Positions 38,750-50,448 of a stretch of 64,000 bases of DNA are shown here, piece after piece. The stretch's first letter is position 1. Each line of letters opens with the position of its first letter. Source of the DNA: Felis catus. Taxonomy: Eukaryota. Below the pieces are notes generated by a model, which was given only the letters and a program-made list of their open reading frames with translations, was not told where the DNA came from and ran no database searches. The translations under genes and the position numbers were made by a program. The stretch is from the NCBI RefSeq assembly GCF_018350175.1, contig NC_058369.1, forward strand, positions 27,468,001 to 27,532,000. Direction: 5' to 3'.

Positions 38750-39130
38750 GCTCTGGTCCTGAGTTATTGGCCTTTGGCATGACTTTCTTGGCACGATAGG
38801 CTCCTATTTACCATTTCACCCGATCTCTCAATCCTTTGCACCATCTGTGCCTACCTTATTTAAGTAGGAGTGGTTCTTTCAACAGCCTGTCTTGTTTTAC
38901 CACCAGTCTTCCACACATACTATTCTCTGCAAGGAATACATTTATTCCCTTCCTTTCCCAAGACTGGGCCAGGTGACCCTTTCATGTGGTCCATTTCAGG
39001 GCATGTATTGTGTTGAAAATATATTCCCCACTGAATTATAGGTTCTATGAGGGCAAAACCATGCCTATTAGTAACACTCAATCTTCCCTTAGCCTTCAAA
39101 ACAACATCACATAGTTCAATCTAATAACTT
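38750..39130 (+). mobile_element. LINE-2 fragment
   Basis: Pyrimidine-rich body ending ttccccactgaattataggttctatgagggca. Confidence 0.45.
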
Positions 39131-39924
39131 TAGTGAAGACTTTAAAAGACTAGAATTAGTTACATACTAGGTGTTCACTAAATACTTCTTGCCCAAATCA
39201 ACCAACCATAACAGATACTCAAAAGGATGCACAGTTGTAGCCATCCTCAGTCCTCAGAGAAGGGTTTGATTGTGTTCTTTCAACCACATGCCACTACTAA
39301 TGCAGGCACACAGACACACTGTAAGAGTGATACACAACAAAATAGGATTTCTCTGTAATCCTCATCAATCTGAAATTCAACTCTAGTTACTTAATCAAAA
39401 ATTTTATGATATAATAAACTTATGATGAACCCAAGGAGATGGCCAAATGTTGGGGGTCCTTAGTCTTTGCTCATGGATCTCCAGTTGTGTCTTTTCCCCT
39501 TTTTCAAAAATAATGAAAGAAAGCCAAAGAGCAAGCAGAAGGGCAAAGGAAAGGTATGTTTATGCCTGCACAGAGGGAAGCATCCTACCTTTATTTGTGA
39601 CTCAGAATGAATGACAATTTCCTTGTTTCAGAGCCTGGAAAATCACCAAGGAAGCTGACCTCAGTTGTCTCACAGCTAATCATCCTTTGAAGGAGAAGCT
39701 TGAGAGAAATGGAAAGAACAGGGTAGAGCAGAGGTGGTAGTTCTGAGTCAGCTCTGGGTGGTCAGTGAGTACCCATGGCCACATCCCCTTTCTGAGCCGG
39801 CCCATCTCCCATTGGGTGAGGGGGAACATCTGTTCCTCACCCTGAAGAAGACTTGGCATGATGCCTGTTGGTTCCTACCAAGTTCTTTTGCATTGTGGGC
39901 ATTCTTCTACGTGGCTTCTTAATT

Positions 39925-40320
39925 GTACATGTGCACACACTGTTTCAAATGGAGTTTCCATTGCCTCTGCTCACTGCGTATTACATTTTTAATCAGTATA
40001 TATAATTACTTACCACAAGCTGCCAGGCCAGATTTTCTGAGCATTAGTCTAATTAACTTAAGCTTGATAATTATGTTTCAGATACCATAGCAGTACACAC
40101 AGAATTTGCAGATTAGGCCGCCAGCTTATTTGATTCCAATAACATGTTTTCTCAGACAGTGGGTTAGTTTTGATTTTGTTTTTTAATGGCCATCTGATAA
40201 TTATTTAGGTTTCAAAGTTTGCCATCAAACAAAATCATTCTGCTATTTAAGACAAGCTTCTCAAATAATTAACACAGGCTGGACTAAAATAGATTTCAGT
40301 GTATTTTTACACACACAAAT
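39925..40320. promoter_or_regulatory. Putative enhancer (homeodomain motif cluster)
   Basis: Unique AT-rich DNA with five TAATTA sites in 270 bp; function inferred only. Confidence 0.35.
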
Positions 40321-40559
40321 CTGTTTTTTTTTTATTTTACTAATATAAGCTCAGGCTGAGGAAATATTAAAGTATAAAAAGTTCTGATGGTCAAATGGTA
40401 TAACCTTCCATGTTTTGACTGGTCTATACTTTGCCTTTTCTCTTTACATTTACTTGCCTTCTAGTGGATGAAAAATAAGAGAAAAGGAGAAGCAAAAGAA
40501 ACTGAAAACCTCCAAGACTCGTAGGTGAGAAATTAGGGCATGAGAAATTCCCACACGAA

Positions 40560-41270
40560 TAATAAGCAATGTACTAAGGGTTTGCTATGTGCGAGGCACT
40601 GAGTTAAACTCTTCTTGTGGATTATCTCATCTAACCATCCAACAACCCTCTGTGGTAGGTGTGTGTTATGGACTGAGTGGTGCCGCCCCACAAGAGATCT
40701 GTTCAATCTCTAAACCCCAGTACTTCCCAGTGTAACCTTGGGTCTTTACAGAGGGAATCAAGTTGAAATAGTCATTAGAGCAGGCACTCGTGCAGTAAGA
40801 CTGGTGTCCTTATACAATGGGGAAGTTTGGACACAGAAAGCCATGCACACAGAAAAAATGTCATATGAACACGAAGGCAGAGACTGGGGTGATGGGTGTT
40901 CAAGCCAGGAAATGCCAGAGATTGCCAGCAGACCCCCACAAGCCAGGAGGGAGTCATGAAACAAATTCTCCTTCAGGGCCCTCGAAAGGAACCACCCCTG
41001 CTGATTTCAGACTTCAGCCTCCAGGACTGTGAGAAAACACAGTTGCTTCACTGTGTTTCAGCCCCCTACTTCGTGTTGGTTTTCTATGACAGCCCTAGCG
41101 AACTAATACGGTACATATAACACTACTCCCCATCTTACAGATGCCCAGGCACAGAAAAGCTATGTGGTGTGTCCAAGCCCACACAGCTGCCACATGGCAG
41201 GGATGGAGTCTACAATGGGGCCTTTCTGACTCCCAAGCTCATGCCCTTGACCTTACCTGCACGCCAGCCA
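40560..41270 (-). mobile_element. MIR split by an MLT1 LTR
   Basis: attatctcatctaacc..aacaaccctctgtggtagg before the LTR; ccccatcttacagatg..aggcacaga..tctgactcccaagc after it. Confidence 0.7.
40664..41109 (+). mobile_element. MaLR solo LTR (MLT1C-like)
   Basis: tgttatggactga...ggtgtccttata...gaaggcagagactggggtgatg...agattgccagca...cagcctccaggactgtgaga...aactaatac. Confidence 0.88.
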
Positions 41271-42154
41271 CACTGCTTCTGCCTAGGAGTTGGGAGATCA
41301 ATGCAACAAATCTTGGAAATGGCTGGCATAAGGTGGTGCATGTTTCCACGTTTATATACAGCTGCTTTTCTTTAAAAAAAAATGTTGGCAATCCCTGCTT
41401 CCTACTTTCTGAGGGCAACAAAACAGAAAGTATCTTTTCTCATAAGGACCACAATAGTGCAATTTCTCTTGCCACCTGTAACATGAGAGAATAATAGGCC
41501 AAAGTATCAGTTGCCAATTATGTAAGGCATAAGTGGAGAACAACCAATGAAATAGCCGCTCTATTTAATCAACACAATCAGAGAGGAAAGGACAAGTAAC
41601 TCTTCCCAAGATGTCATAACAGATGGAAAGAGCCAGAGATAAGCCTGCTCCAATAAAGGCCAAAGACATGGAATAAGAATAATTCTTGGGAAGAAATGCA
41701 AACTCAGTTAAGGAAGGAAAGCATAGGAATGTGAAAAGAAGAAAAGACACTTCTCCAAGAGTATCTACTGCCATGATCCAATAGAAAGTTTGACACCAGG
41801 GAAAGGAAGGAAGCCTCACATGCACTGAGGGCCTGTAACATCTGGTGTGTGTAAGACAGTAAAACCACCCAATTGCTCCCAGAAATCTGCAAACTAGAAG
41901 CTGTCACCCCCATGTACTGGAGATACAGGCTCTGAGCAGTGAAATAATTAGCTCAAGGTCAACCAGCAAATCAATGGTAATGCCTAGATGGAAGAACAGA
42001 AGGGCTGTCTTAGAGACACTGAGGCAGAGTCTTTAGGAGAACTGCCTTTCTCCTAGACCAGTAATGTTGAGGTATCTAGGTATAAGGTTACACTTAAAAC
42101 ATGGGCTACTTGCTACTGGGAATTTTCACAAATTACATCAGAGTTCCTCTAGAA

Positions 42155-42312
42155 CAGGAGTTCTTACCATTGAGAAACTGATCAAAGCTGTGAGTTCTTC
42201 CCCTAGAAAAACGCATGCACACAAACACATAACCTGTACATACAACTTCCCTGGGGGGATCATGGGCCCCAGCTTTAAAGCCCACAAAGGATACTTATGC
42301 CTCCAAGGACCC
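42155..42312 (-). mobile_element. MER103-like hAT MITE
   Basis: ttgagaaactgatcaaagctgtgag...cccctagaaaaacgca. Confidence 0.6.
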
Positions 42313-42689
42313 CAGGAATGTCATGATGTTACAAAAACATGGAGTGTGCCACTGCACACCTTGATCAGGAAAATTCCTCTCCTCAATCCCTGGTTTGTAT
42401 TTCTGTAATACGTCTATCTCCACCACTGCTGGGGAGCTCTACTGTGCTTCAGTCACCTTTAGTCACCTCGCACATCCATGCCTCCTGACCCAGTAAGGAT
42501 AAAGTAAATGTTAGGTAAATTATTAGATGGCTTCAACTTGAGGTGTAGCACTTTCTTCTTTCTCAGTTTCTTCACTTCTACTATTAATGTAAATTATGCC
42601 ATAGCCAGCCCTGCTTTTTCTGAAGGGTTTTGGAAGTACCATATGCAATAATGCAAGTGAAGGCAATTTCTGATAGTAACAGTGAACAC

Positions 42690-42890
42690 TGGTTTTGCTC
42701 AGAGACTGTTTTATGCCCTTTATGCATATTCATTAATCCTCACAACTGCCCTAGGAGGATAGCACTAATATCTCCATTTAACATAGGAGCAAGATAAGTC
42801 CAGAGAGGTCTGGGAACTGGCACAAGTAGGCACAGGGCTGGGATGTAAACACAGGCAGCTGGTGTCTGCACCAGTCCTCTTGACCAATGT
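42690..42890 (-). mobile_element. MIR
   Basis: cattaatcctcacaactgcccta...ccatttaaca...cagagagg...gctgggatgtaaacacaggcag. Confidence 0.7.
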
Positions 42891-44127
42891 CTACTGTCTG
42901 TCTAGACTAGGCAATGCCATACAGATGTCTGAAACTGTTATGACAAGAAGGCAAGTTGGCCCTCTATGAACACAGCAGAGCTTGGGTGGAAGCGGATTTT
43001 GGGAGGCTCTCCAATAAGACCACCAGAAGAGCTCAGTATTCTGACCACAACCAGTTAGCATCTCAAGCCCATTAACAGACCTGAGCTCCGTTGGTAGAGC
43101 CAGCCTGATCTGTGAGGTAGCTCTTCTTTGTGAGCATAGCACCTGCCCTTTCCTTTTATGCTTTCCCAGCGCCTGGAACACTGATTTCAGCTCTGGGTGG
43201 AGTCGAGGCAGGCACCAGTGAAGAGAGACAGCAGCCTCATGGGGGACACAAGTTGGAAACCATGGAGTGGAGAGCCAAGGTTCCTTCTAAAATCTGTTAG
43301 ATTCACAGGTACTTACTGTATGGACCCCTCTTAACATACCTGCAGGCCAGTCAGCCTTTGATTCACCTGCCTGTGACCATGCAATACCCTTTCTTTCCTG
43401 ATTCAAGCAAATGACTTCCCTCCTCTGATCTTTAGTTGGAGAGTTCCCACCTGTAAAGATTTCAAGGAGTCCATGCCCAGATGTACCTTGGATGGAATTC
43501 CAAATATTCTGTAAGAGGCTCCATCTTTACTGCCAAGCATAGCTGATATTTAGGCTAGGGACAGAGCAGTGGCCAAGCTCCAGGCTTATCCTCTCAGAAC
43601 TCACAACCCTGGTGGGCCACACAGAAAATAATCTGGCACCTGCAGAAAGCATGGAAAGTGCTGTGGTGAGGAAAATATGGGCAACTGTGGGAGCACTGAA
43701 GGGGGATCTATTCTTGTCTGGGGGAAGACTGCATGCAGAGGCCCCCAAAGGCTGTATATCTCCCTGCCTTTACATTATAACAAAAACCCAAGATACCATA
43801 CTGACATCAATGTTCAATAGTAAATGCCTGCATATTTTAGTGCACTTTATCTAAAACATCTAGAGCATGACTAGAGCATCTTCTCCCACTGTTCTTCTCA
43901 TTCTTGTTCATTCTCTGGGTTTCAGTTTGAATGCAAAGACCTTTAAAGAGTTTTTAGAGCCTACCCTACATCACCTGCTCCCTCGGGTCCATTATAGTGT
44001 ATTTGCTTCAGATGGTGTCTGTCTGCATCCTTCCTACCCTGAGTATGGACTGAAGACTATCATCTGGGGGCTTCTTATAAATACAGAATCTTAGGCTCTA
44101 GCCTGGGTGAGTTTAAGCACTTTACAG

Positions 44128-44658
44128 CTGCCTTGTCCAGTTCAGCATCCACTAGCTCCATGTGTCTACCGGGCACTTGAAACATGGCTAGTATGGGCTC
44201 ACATCTACTATACATGTAAAATACACACCAGCTTTGGAAGATTTAGTACAAAAAAGAACGTGAAATACCTCAGTAATTATTTTATACTGGCTACCTGTTG
44301 AAATAATATTTTGTATATTTCAGGTTAAATTAAAATACATTAAAATTTTATCTTTTTTTGGGTGGACACCTAGGTGGCTCATTTGGTTAAGCATCAGAGT
44401 TTGGCTCAGGTCATGATCTCATGGTCAGTGAGAGCCCCACATTAGGCTCTGTGCCATCACTTCAGAGCCTGGAGCCTGCTTCAGATTGTGTCTGCCTCTC
44501 TCTCTGCCCCTCCCCTACTCGTGCTCTGTTTCTCTCACTCTCAAAAATAAATAAACTTAAAAAAATAATTTTACATTTTATCTTTTTTTTAAACATGGCT
44601 ACTCTAAGGTTTAACAGTACCCATGCAGCTGACATTGTATTTATATTGTACAAGACTG
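44128..44658 (-). mobile_element. MER33-like MITE, complete, interrupted by a Can-SINE
   Basis: gcacttgaaacatggctagt...tgtaaaatacacacc...gaagatttagtac; resumes tttttaaacatggctact. Confidence 0.8.
44360..44568 (+). mobile_element. Can-SINE
   Basis: Head to AATAAA tail; flanking ATTTTATCTTTTTTT duplicated. Confidence 0.93.
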
Positions 44659-44699
44659 CTTAAAATCTCAGAACCTGGTTGAGGATAATGATCAGGAAC

Positions 44700-44921
44700 C
44701 AGTGTCAGTAAACTATAGCCAACTGGTTGAATGGGGCCCAGTGCTACTGTGGTAAATGCACTGTTATTGGAATATAGCCATTCTTACTCCTCACATATTG
44801 TCTGTGACAACTTTTGTGCTCCAAGGGCAGAATTAGGTAGGTGCAACAAAAAACTGAATGGCTTACAGAGTCTAAAATATTTACTACCTGGCCCTTTACA
44901 GGAAAAATTTGCCAACCCTAG
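44700..44921 (+). mobile_element. MER58A-like MITE
   Basis: ttattggaatatagcca...ctaaaatatttactacctggccctttacaggaaaaatttgccaaccct. Confidence 0.85.
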
Positions 44922-44924
44922 TCA

Positions 44925-45155
44925 AGAGCATGGATTCCAGAGGTAGAATGTCTGGCTCAAAATCATGTCACTACCACCAGTCAGTACAAGAGGTTGGGCA
45001 AGATACTTCACATCTGTGCCTCAATATCTGTATCTGAAAACAAGGATAGGGATAGCTATGTTATAGAGCAGCTTTAAAGGTTAAATCAGTTGATGTATAT
45101 GAAATTCTATAAAGTCTTGCACCTACTAGGTTCTCAAGAAACATTAACCACCATT
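44925..45155 (+). mobile_element. MIR
   Basis: ttgggcaagatacttcacatctgtgcctca...ggttaaatcagttgatgtatatgaaa. Confidence 0.7.
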
Positions 45156-45252
45156 GCTACCATTGCTAGCAATGATCACAGGCCATAATTACACATTTTT
45201 GCTTTACCTTTTTTCTTATCTGTCGCCCCACCAGATTAAAAATCCCAGGGAA

Positions 45253-45682
45253 GGGATGCCTGGGTGGCTCAGATAGTTGAGCGTCCAACTTTGGCTCAGG
45301 TCATGATCTCACAGTTCCTGGGTTTGAGCCCCACATCCGGCTCTGTGCTGACAGCTCAGATTCTGCTGCTTCAGATTCTATATGTCCCTTTTTCTGTCCC
45401 TCCCCTTCTCTAGCTCTCTCTCTCTCTCACTTTTTTTTTTTTAATTTTTTTTCAACGTTTATTTATTTTGGGGACAGAGAGAGACAGAGCATGAACGGGG
45501 GAGGGGCAGAGAGAGAGGGAGACACAGAATCGGAAACAGGCTCCAGGCTCCGAGCCATCAGCCCAGAGCCCGACAGGGGGCTCGAACTCACGGACCGCGA
45601 GATCGTGACCTGGCTGAAGTCAGACGCTTAACCGACTGCGCCACCCAGGCGCCCCTCTTTTTCAAAAATAAACATTAAAATA
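45253..45682 (+). mobile_element. Can-SINE (outer, older)
   Basis: Head at 45253; (CT)n broken at 45430; tail caaaaataaacattaaaa resumes after 45656. Confidence 0.92.
45431..45655 (-). mobile_element. Young feline SINEC_Fc (inner)
   Basis: CpG-intact, near-consensus: cggaaacaggctccaggctccgagcc...cggaccgcgagatcgtgacc...ccgactgcgccacccaggcgcccc. Confidence 0.97.
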
Positions 45683-45899
45683 TTTTTTAAAAAACTAGGG
45701 GAGCAGGGACATTTTCTGTCTTGATTCAGCTATTTCACTGAGCTCAGTTTCTGGTGAATAGTAGAAAGTCAGTAAATATTTGTTGAATGAAAGAGGTACA
45801 GAGGGAAAGTAATTTGCCTAAGGCTTCCTGACCAGTAAATGGTCAGGACTTGAACCTGGTTCTTCCTGCTCTCTAAACTCTTAACCTCCCCTGCTACAC

Positions 45900-46052
45900 C
45901 AAGTGTGGTCTCTAGACCAGCAGTGTCAGTGTCACCTAGAAGCTTGCTAGAAATGCAGATTCTTAAACTCCATCCCAGACCTATTGAATCAAAATTATTT
46001 TCACAAGATCCAAGAGATTTATGGGCATGTTTTAGTTTGGGAAGTGCCACTC
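45900..46052. mobile_element. MER5A-like MITE
   Basis: agtgtggtctctagaccagcag...gcttgctagaaatgcagattctt...cccagacctattgaatca. Confidence 0.8.
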
Positions 46053-47704
46053 TGGGCTATAATTCCCAGTTACGACTCTCTGCTATTCACTCAACAAGTA
46101 GTTAATGTAGTATTAGTCTTTCCATGGAGCGCTCCGTTTTGACCGCCTTATACCAAAGCTGATGATTGGTATTCATCTCACTAAAGGCCTGGGGTGTTTA
46201 GGTTCTAAGGGAAATGTCACTGTGCTATGTCAGAAAGTGCCCTTTCTCCTGCCAGGTTCAAACCACCGCAATGTGGGATGACCTCTCTGCACAGAAGTCT
46301 GCTTAACATTCCATACCAGCCTCTAATGACCAGGCCACAGGCTCCAGAGGATGCAAGGGGTATGAAAATCTACTCCTAAATAATTTCCCTCTGGGCACCT
46401 ACCTCTGTGAATTGGTTCTCCCCTACATTTTACACACCAGTGGCCGCACCACCAAAATATACAATCCATTCCCATGCTTAATAATTCAGGCACCTTCCTT
46501 TTTGAGACTACAAATGAAAGCAAATCATCTCCTACTCGTATTAAAAAAAAAATTAAAATTCTCCCCAATGCTGACTCTGGTTTTCTTACTAACCGTCCAG
46601 CCCCAAGACTGTATGATCTTCACCTAACTATTTTCTTAGAAATGGTCCATTATGTGGCACTTCAGAGGATGAGGGTGTTTAAAATTAGCACAAAATCTTA
46701 CAATGGATTCCCATTTGTCACAGCAAGAAGTTTCAAATCATAGCCATCAGATGAACATTTTAAATTAGAAAAAGACTGATTAGCATAATTCTTAAGGGTC
46801 TGAACTCTAAACCCACAGATGGCCTCTGAGGAGGACGGACGAGGCAGAAAGGGGATTAGGATAAATCTAATTAGTTAGGGGTGTTCCTGTTTCTGGAGTC
46901 AAGTGGTGATGGATGGACAGATGGATCTAATGAAGCCCCATTAAAGTCTTTTTGATTCCCACTCACAGTGAGAGAACACATTACTCCATTAATGGCTCTG
47001 GGAGCTAACACAGCCCAAGTTTGGTGCTGTGACCTCAAAAATGAATTTGAATTGCCTGTCCAGCTCTTTGCACATATCCGCAGGATATAAATGAGCCTGA
47101 AAACTCTGTGCCTGCTGAGGCGCCATCCCTGCCTATGCCCCCACTCCCTCTGCCTCACTCCCAGCTCAGGGACTGAGCCTTCCTCTTGGCTGGCTTCTCA
47201 AGGCACTCAGGCTGGAGTCCCACAGCTTTTCTGTTTCTCCTGTTCTACAACTTGGACGTGTCCTAGGGAATGTGCTGTGGTCTGCATAAGTTCCTGATGC
47301 TACATGCTGACACAGACTATTATTTTTCTCTTCATTGGGGGTGATGGCTATGCATTATTGCCATCATATGCTGATTAGGAATGCGATGGAAGGGCCAAAG
47401 ACAGGGTACATTTCTTGAGAGGCTCCTGACTTAGTCACAGAGATATGAGAGAAGAACAATATAGGACATTTCATGCGCTAGGTGCAAAATAAGGGTATGA
47501 CTGGCTCTGACAGCCAAAGAACAAGGTAGACAGAATGGTGTCTATCATGGAAAAGTCACGGAAAGAGGTGGGACTCCATGGGATTTAAAGAAAGGCCCAT
47601 CTCTCCCCTAGATGACCACAACCACTTCCCACTCTTGTTTCTACTCTTGAGACTGTAGAGTCCAGCATCACTGAACAGTAAGTCAGATCATGTGATCCTC
47701 TCCA

Positions 47705-47935
47705 GTAATAATTAGAGCAGACACTTACTGAGCATTTACTGTATGCTCAGCACATTTCATACATTATTTTATTTAATCTTCACAAGAGCCCTGTGCAGTA
47801 GAGTGTAGTACCATCCTCTATATTACAGATGATAGAACTGTAGCACAAAAAGGTTACCTGGCCCAGGAAGCAGCAGAAATGGTAGACAATTGCAGGCATC
47901 CTTTCTCTAGAGCTCAGATTCTTAAGCCCTATAAC
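47705..47935 (-). mobile_element. MIR inserted in L2
   Basis: acttactgagcatttactgtatg...atttaatcttcacaag...tacagatgatagaactg. Confidence 0.75.
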
Positions 47936-47939
47936 TGAC

Positions 47940-49160
47940 AATCTTGGGCCCCTGTCATCCCATCACACATGGAATAAAATCCAAACTCCCTTCTATCCCC
48001 ATCTTGCTCTAATCTCTCCCACACTCACCATTCTCCAGCTACATTCTCCAATTGTGGTCCACATCAGGCCCTTTGCACTGGGAGTGCCCTTTGTCTGCAA
48101 AGTTTTTCTACTCTCTCATACCCAACCTGGAAGTATCTGCCTGACCTTGATACTCAACAATTTACTTTACTCCCCTAACCACTCACATGATCCCATTTAA
48201 GGCCATGGCTCTAAACACCATATCCATGGCTCCCAAATTTGTTTCTATCCTGGAACTCTCTAATGAGCTCCAACCCTGTGTATTCAACAAGTTCCCTGAT
48301 GAGTGCTCTTACATATGCAGCAAAAACCTCATATTTCTGATTACCAAAAGAAAACACCTGACTAGTACCTTCCCCATCCTATGCCAGTTTTCCTATAAAT
48401 ATTGCTAATCATCCAGCTGGTTACTCAAGATAAATAACAGGAGTTAGTTCTTAGTCTCTGAGCCCTCATAGTCAACTCCATCAACACAATTTACCTGATG
48501 TATTTCATCAACAAAAAAGACATGCTGCCAAATGGCCCACTTCTCTTCACCTCCACTGTACCATGATCTATTACAAAACACTGTGATAGCCTCCCAATCG
48601 ATTCCCTTGTTTGCACCTGTGCCTTCTTCCAGCTCAGCCAAAGGGATCCTTGTACAACTTAGATCATGCCATTTCCTTTTATAATAATACCCTACAACTC
48701 TAATCTCATACCAGGTCTACAAGACTTCTAGGCCACCACCTGCCTTTGTAACCACAGCTCCTTCTGCCTGTTCACCAATGCTCCAGGCCCCCTGGCCTTC
48801 TTTACATTTTCTGAGCATGCCAAGCTTATCTTAGACTTACGGCTTTCTCCATCCCTATTTATTCTGCGTTGAAAATTCTCTGTCCCTAGGTTTCCCGAGA
48901 CTTGCCTCTCACCTTTTAGTTATCAAGGGAAATGTTCTCTCTTTGGTAAAGCTTCTCTGATACCTCTATCAAAATTCATTTGCTCCAGCACAAATACTGT
49001 TATCATATTACCTTGTTTCCTCTCGTTATCTGAGATGATGAATGTTTGTGCGTTTACTTGTTTTTGTCTGTCTTTCCCACGAGAGTAATCTCTTTGAAGA
49101 TTTGGGTATAATCTGGCTTCTTGTTCATACTGTATCCCCCAGAGCCCAGAACTGTAAGGG
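47940..49160 (+). mobile_element. LINE-2 fragments
   Basis: aataaaatccaaactcc, ggccctttgcact, ccctggccttctt, ctgtatcccccagagcccagaac. Confidence 0.7.
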
Positions 49161-49180
49161 GCATTAAGAGTGTTAGTTTA

Positions 49181-49350
49181 GGGGCACCTAGGTAGCTCAG
49201 TTGGTTGAGCATCTGACTCTTGATTTTGGCTTGGGTCATGATCCCAGGGTTGTGGGACTGAGCCTCACATTGGGCTCCGCACTGAGTGTAGAGCCCGCTT
49301 AAGATTGCCTCTCTCTTCCTCTACCCCTCTCCTACTCTCCCCTCTCTCTC
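49181..49350 (+). mobile_element. Can-SINE (older subtype)
   Basis: ggggcacctaggtagctcagttggttgagcatctgactcttgattt...gcttaagatt. Confidence 0.92.
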
Positions 49351-49677
49351 TAAATTTTTTTCTTAAAAAGATAATTTGTTTAATAAAAAACACCATTTGA
49401 TTATAAGCTGACAAAATGCAAATAGAGGAAGTAAGATTGTAGGCAGATGATGATACTGAGATTCCTATCCTATAGTCAGTGGGGATGGGGAGTGGATAAA
49501 AAATAAAGGTGAAGGGAACTGCTAGAGAGTGGAAGGAAATCTAATGCCTTTCCTGTGTTGAGTGTTACCCATGAGACCCTGGGGCTATACAGGTAAACAA
49601 ACTGCCATGATCTCTGCCCTCACAGAGTGTGTGTTGTAGCATATTGTTTAACCCCTTCGTCCCTATTTTAGGATAGG

Positions 49678-49894
49678 GCAGGGATAAGTATTCTATTTTT
49701 TATAGAAAGGGCCAGAGAGTAAATATTTTAGGCTCTGCAGGCCTACGATTTGTGTTGCAAATACTCAACACTGCTGTTGTAGTGCAAAAGCACTACAGAC
49801 AACACAAAATCATGGCTATGTTCAAATAAAACTTTATTTACAAAAGCAAGCAGTGGGTTTGATTGGCATGTGGGCTATAATTTGACAAACTCTT
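49678..49894 (-). mobile_element. MER58A-like MITE
   Basis: aaagggccagagagtaaatattttaggc...aataaaactttatttacaaaa. Confidence 0.82.
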
Positions 49895-49999
49895 ATAATT
49901 TTACAGGCTCTTCTTTTGTATGAATTTCTTTAGACCTATCATATAGAAAAGTAGGCTTTAGAATAATCAGGGTCTTGTATAGAAACATCTAGATTTATT

Positions 50000-50006
50000 T
50001 GTTTGT

Positions 50007-50037
<31 letters not shown>

Positions 50038-50448
50038 TTTTTCAATATATGAAATTTATTGTCAGATTGGTTTCCATACAACACCCAGTGCTCATCCCAA
50101 AAGGTGCCCTCCTCAATATCCATCACCCACCCTCCCCTCCCTCCCACCCCCCATCAACCCGCAGTTTGTTCTCAGTTTTTAAGAGTCTCTTATGCTTTGG
50201 CTCTCTCCCACTCTAACCTCTTTTTTTTTTCCTTCCCCTCCCCCATGGGTTTCTGTTAAGTTTCTCAGGATCCACACAAGAGTGAAAACATATGATATCT
50301 GTCTTTCTCTGTATGGCTTATTTCACTTAGCATCACACTCTCCAGTTCCATCCACGTTGCTACAAAGGGCCATATTTCATTCTTTTTCATTGCCACATAG
50401 TACTCCATTTTGTATATAAACCACAATTTCTTTGTCCATTCATTAGTT
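50000..50448 (-). mobile_element. Young feline LINE-1, 5'-truncated (3'UTR plus ORF2 tail)
   Basis: (TTTA)n tail; MELESVMLSEISHTEKDRYHMFSLLCGS; perfect 18-bp TSD GAAACATCTAGATTTATT at 49982-99 and 50449-66. Confidence 0.97.

Larger units (their letters stand above)
45190..45790 (+). mobile_element. LINE-2 3' end split by nested SINEs
   Basis: tctgtcgccccaccagatt before the SINEs; gcagggac...taaatatttgttgaatgaa after them. Confidence 0.7.
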
